This document shows positions 62,901 to 64,000 of a DNA stretch of 64,000 bases, piece by piece (within the stretch, counting starts at the first letter, position 1; every line of letters starts with the position of its first letter). The DNA is taken from the NCBI GenBank assembly GCA_050084515.1, contig CM114271.1, positions 6,448,001-6,512,000 on the forward strand, read 5' to 3'. Under the pieces are notes generated by a model. The model saw nothing but the letters and a program-made list of their open reading frames with translations, made no database searches and was not told the origin of the DNA. This DNA comes from Blasia pusilla (taxonomy: Eukaryota). The position numbers and the translations under genes were made by a program.

Positions 62901-64000
62901 TGCTTTTTCAACTTAGCAAGTGCCTCCTGATTCAATTTGTATGGGGGCTTTGGAAGGTGGTTGAGATTCAGGAATAACCTCTATCTTATGATCGACTGCC
63001 CTAAGTGGTGGCAACTCGTTCGGAAGCTCATTCATCAAGACATCATCAAACTCCTTGACTACTCTCTATAGCAGTCCTAGGATTCCCCTCGAATTCGCGT
63101 CTTGATCTCTGCACTTCTTGCTTGTGACGTACTCCTTTTGTCTCATTAAGCAAAGGAACCCATCCTCCAACTCGGTGAGACTCCTCCTCGTAATGGCGTT
63201 CACCAACTCCTTTCTCACGGGTATCTTGCAAACCAATCTCACTTGCAACCGTTTGCTTTTCACTAAGACGCTCAACCTCATTGGCCTTTGTCTCAACTCC
63301 ACCTCATATGCATCCAGGAATCTGTTCCCCAAGACTCCGTCGATGCCATCCATTTCACACACTGTAAAATTCTCCTTCGACTCGAATACTCTGCATCCTA
63401 TCGCCAAACCCAGCACCAACTCGGAACTTCGATGAGACTTGCCTTTGGCAAAGCCTACTGAATGGGCTCGTCCACCTTAGAGGTTGACAAACCCAACTCC
63501 TTCATGATTCTCGGGCTCAGGAAGGAGTGCGAAGCACTTGTATCCACGAGCAACATCACATCGCGATCAGCAATCTTGGAGCTTAGGTACACCAAGTTGG
63601 GCGTCCTCTTGGTGACTTGAAGGGAGGTCTCCAGACCTCATGCTGACAAGTGCTTAGAAGCCAACCCAATCATACTCCCATTACTAATCTTCGATTTGGA
63701 GCATCCCTTTGCCATGTGCCCAGTTTCGCCACAGTTGTAGCATACCATCTTGCTGTTTCCTGACATCGGAAATTGCGCTCCCTTTTTCTTAGCATGGCGT
63801 TCCTGTCGGGTTGCCGCCGGGTTGAGAGACTCTCCTTGGTCCAGCGCAACCCCACTCTAGACTCTCTTGGGTGCCCCTTTGTTTTTCAAACTCTTGGAAA
63901 AACTTTTCATCTCAAAGGGCTTCGGCGTTTGGACCTCGTCGTCCCCAATCCACTCTGCTAGCCTCAACACTTCCACGCAGGTGTTCGGCAACTCCGACAT
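60000..64000 (-). mobile_element. Conventional Ty3/Gypsy retrotransposon (no DNMT), runs off the window end
   Basis: Zinc knuckle CYNCGETGHMAKGC (~63750-63700); protease MLLVDTSASHSFL (~63550); RT 62243-62935 (SPYGAPVL, YIDDILIY); RNase H; integrase HGLPRSIVSNRDPRFTS and FCYNSTKHSETG; tail AQLKYVKHANKSR..FQVGEQVWL at 60122-60000. Confidence 0.9.
60123..60813 (+). mobile_element. Solo A-B unit of the DNMT-Gypsy family inserted in the integrase of the conventional Gypsy
   Basis: TGTCACG...CACGACA, flanked by TCTC/ACTC. Removing it plus 4 bp restores the host frame EMR|EREEQARRNLEKAQ. Confidence 0.85.

Overview
Repeat-rich eukaryotic DNA from a land plant, probably a non-seed lineage such as a bryophyte (inference). 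It has GT-AG introns and nuclear genes for plastid proteins. Four host genes are supported: a 3-exon STP-family hexose/H+ symporter (4978-6962, +), CRR7 (NDH assembly factor, 38620-40759, +), nuclear-encoded plastid ribosomal protein S13 (42740-45207, -) and a bacterial-looking quercetinase-type monocupin (47278-~47886, -). Most of the rest is nested, decayed transposons. The main feature is a Ty3/Gypsy-type family whose pol carries a DNMT3-like C5-cytosine methyltransferase between protease and reverse transcriptase, and whose integrase ends in a PHD finger. There is one near-complete copy (10083-20468, -), one 3'-truncated copy (50389-57947, +) and two diverged relics (~29550-32500 and ~37200-37870). 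The near-complete copy lacks a normal LTR pair and instead shows A...ORFs...B-A-B split direct repeats. Solo A-B units with 4-bp TSDs occur elsewhere in the window. Also present: a second, conventional Gypsy, a Copia integrase relic, CRE-like LINE RT relics, solo LTRs with 5-bp TSDs, a hAT-like MITE and mini-Helitrons. All TE copies carry stops or frameshifts. All calls come from reading the sequence by eye; no database searches were run.
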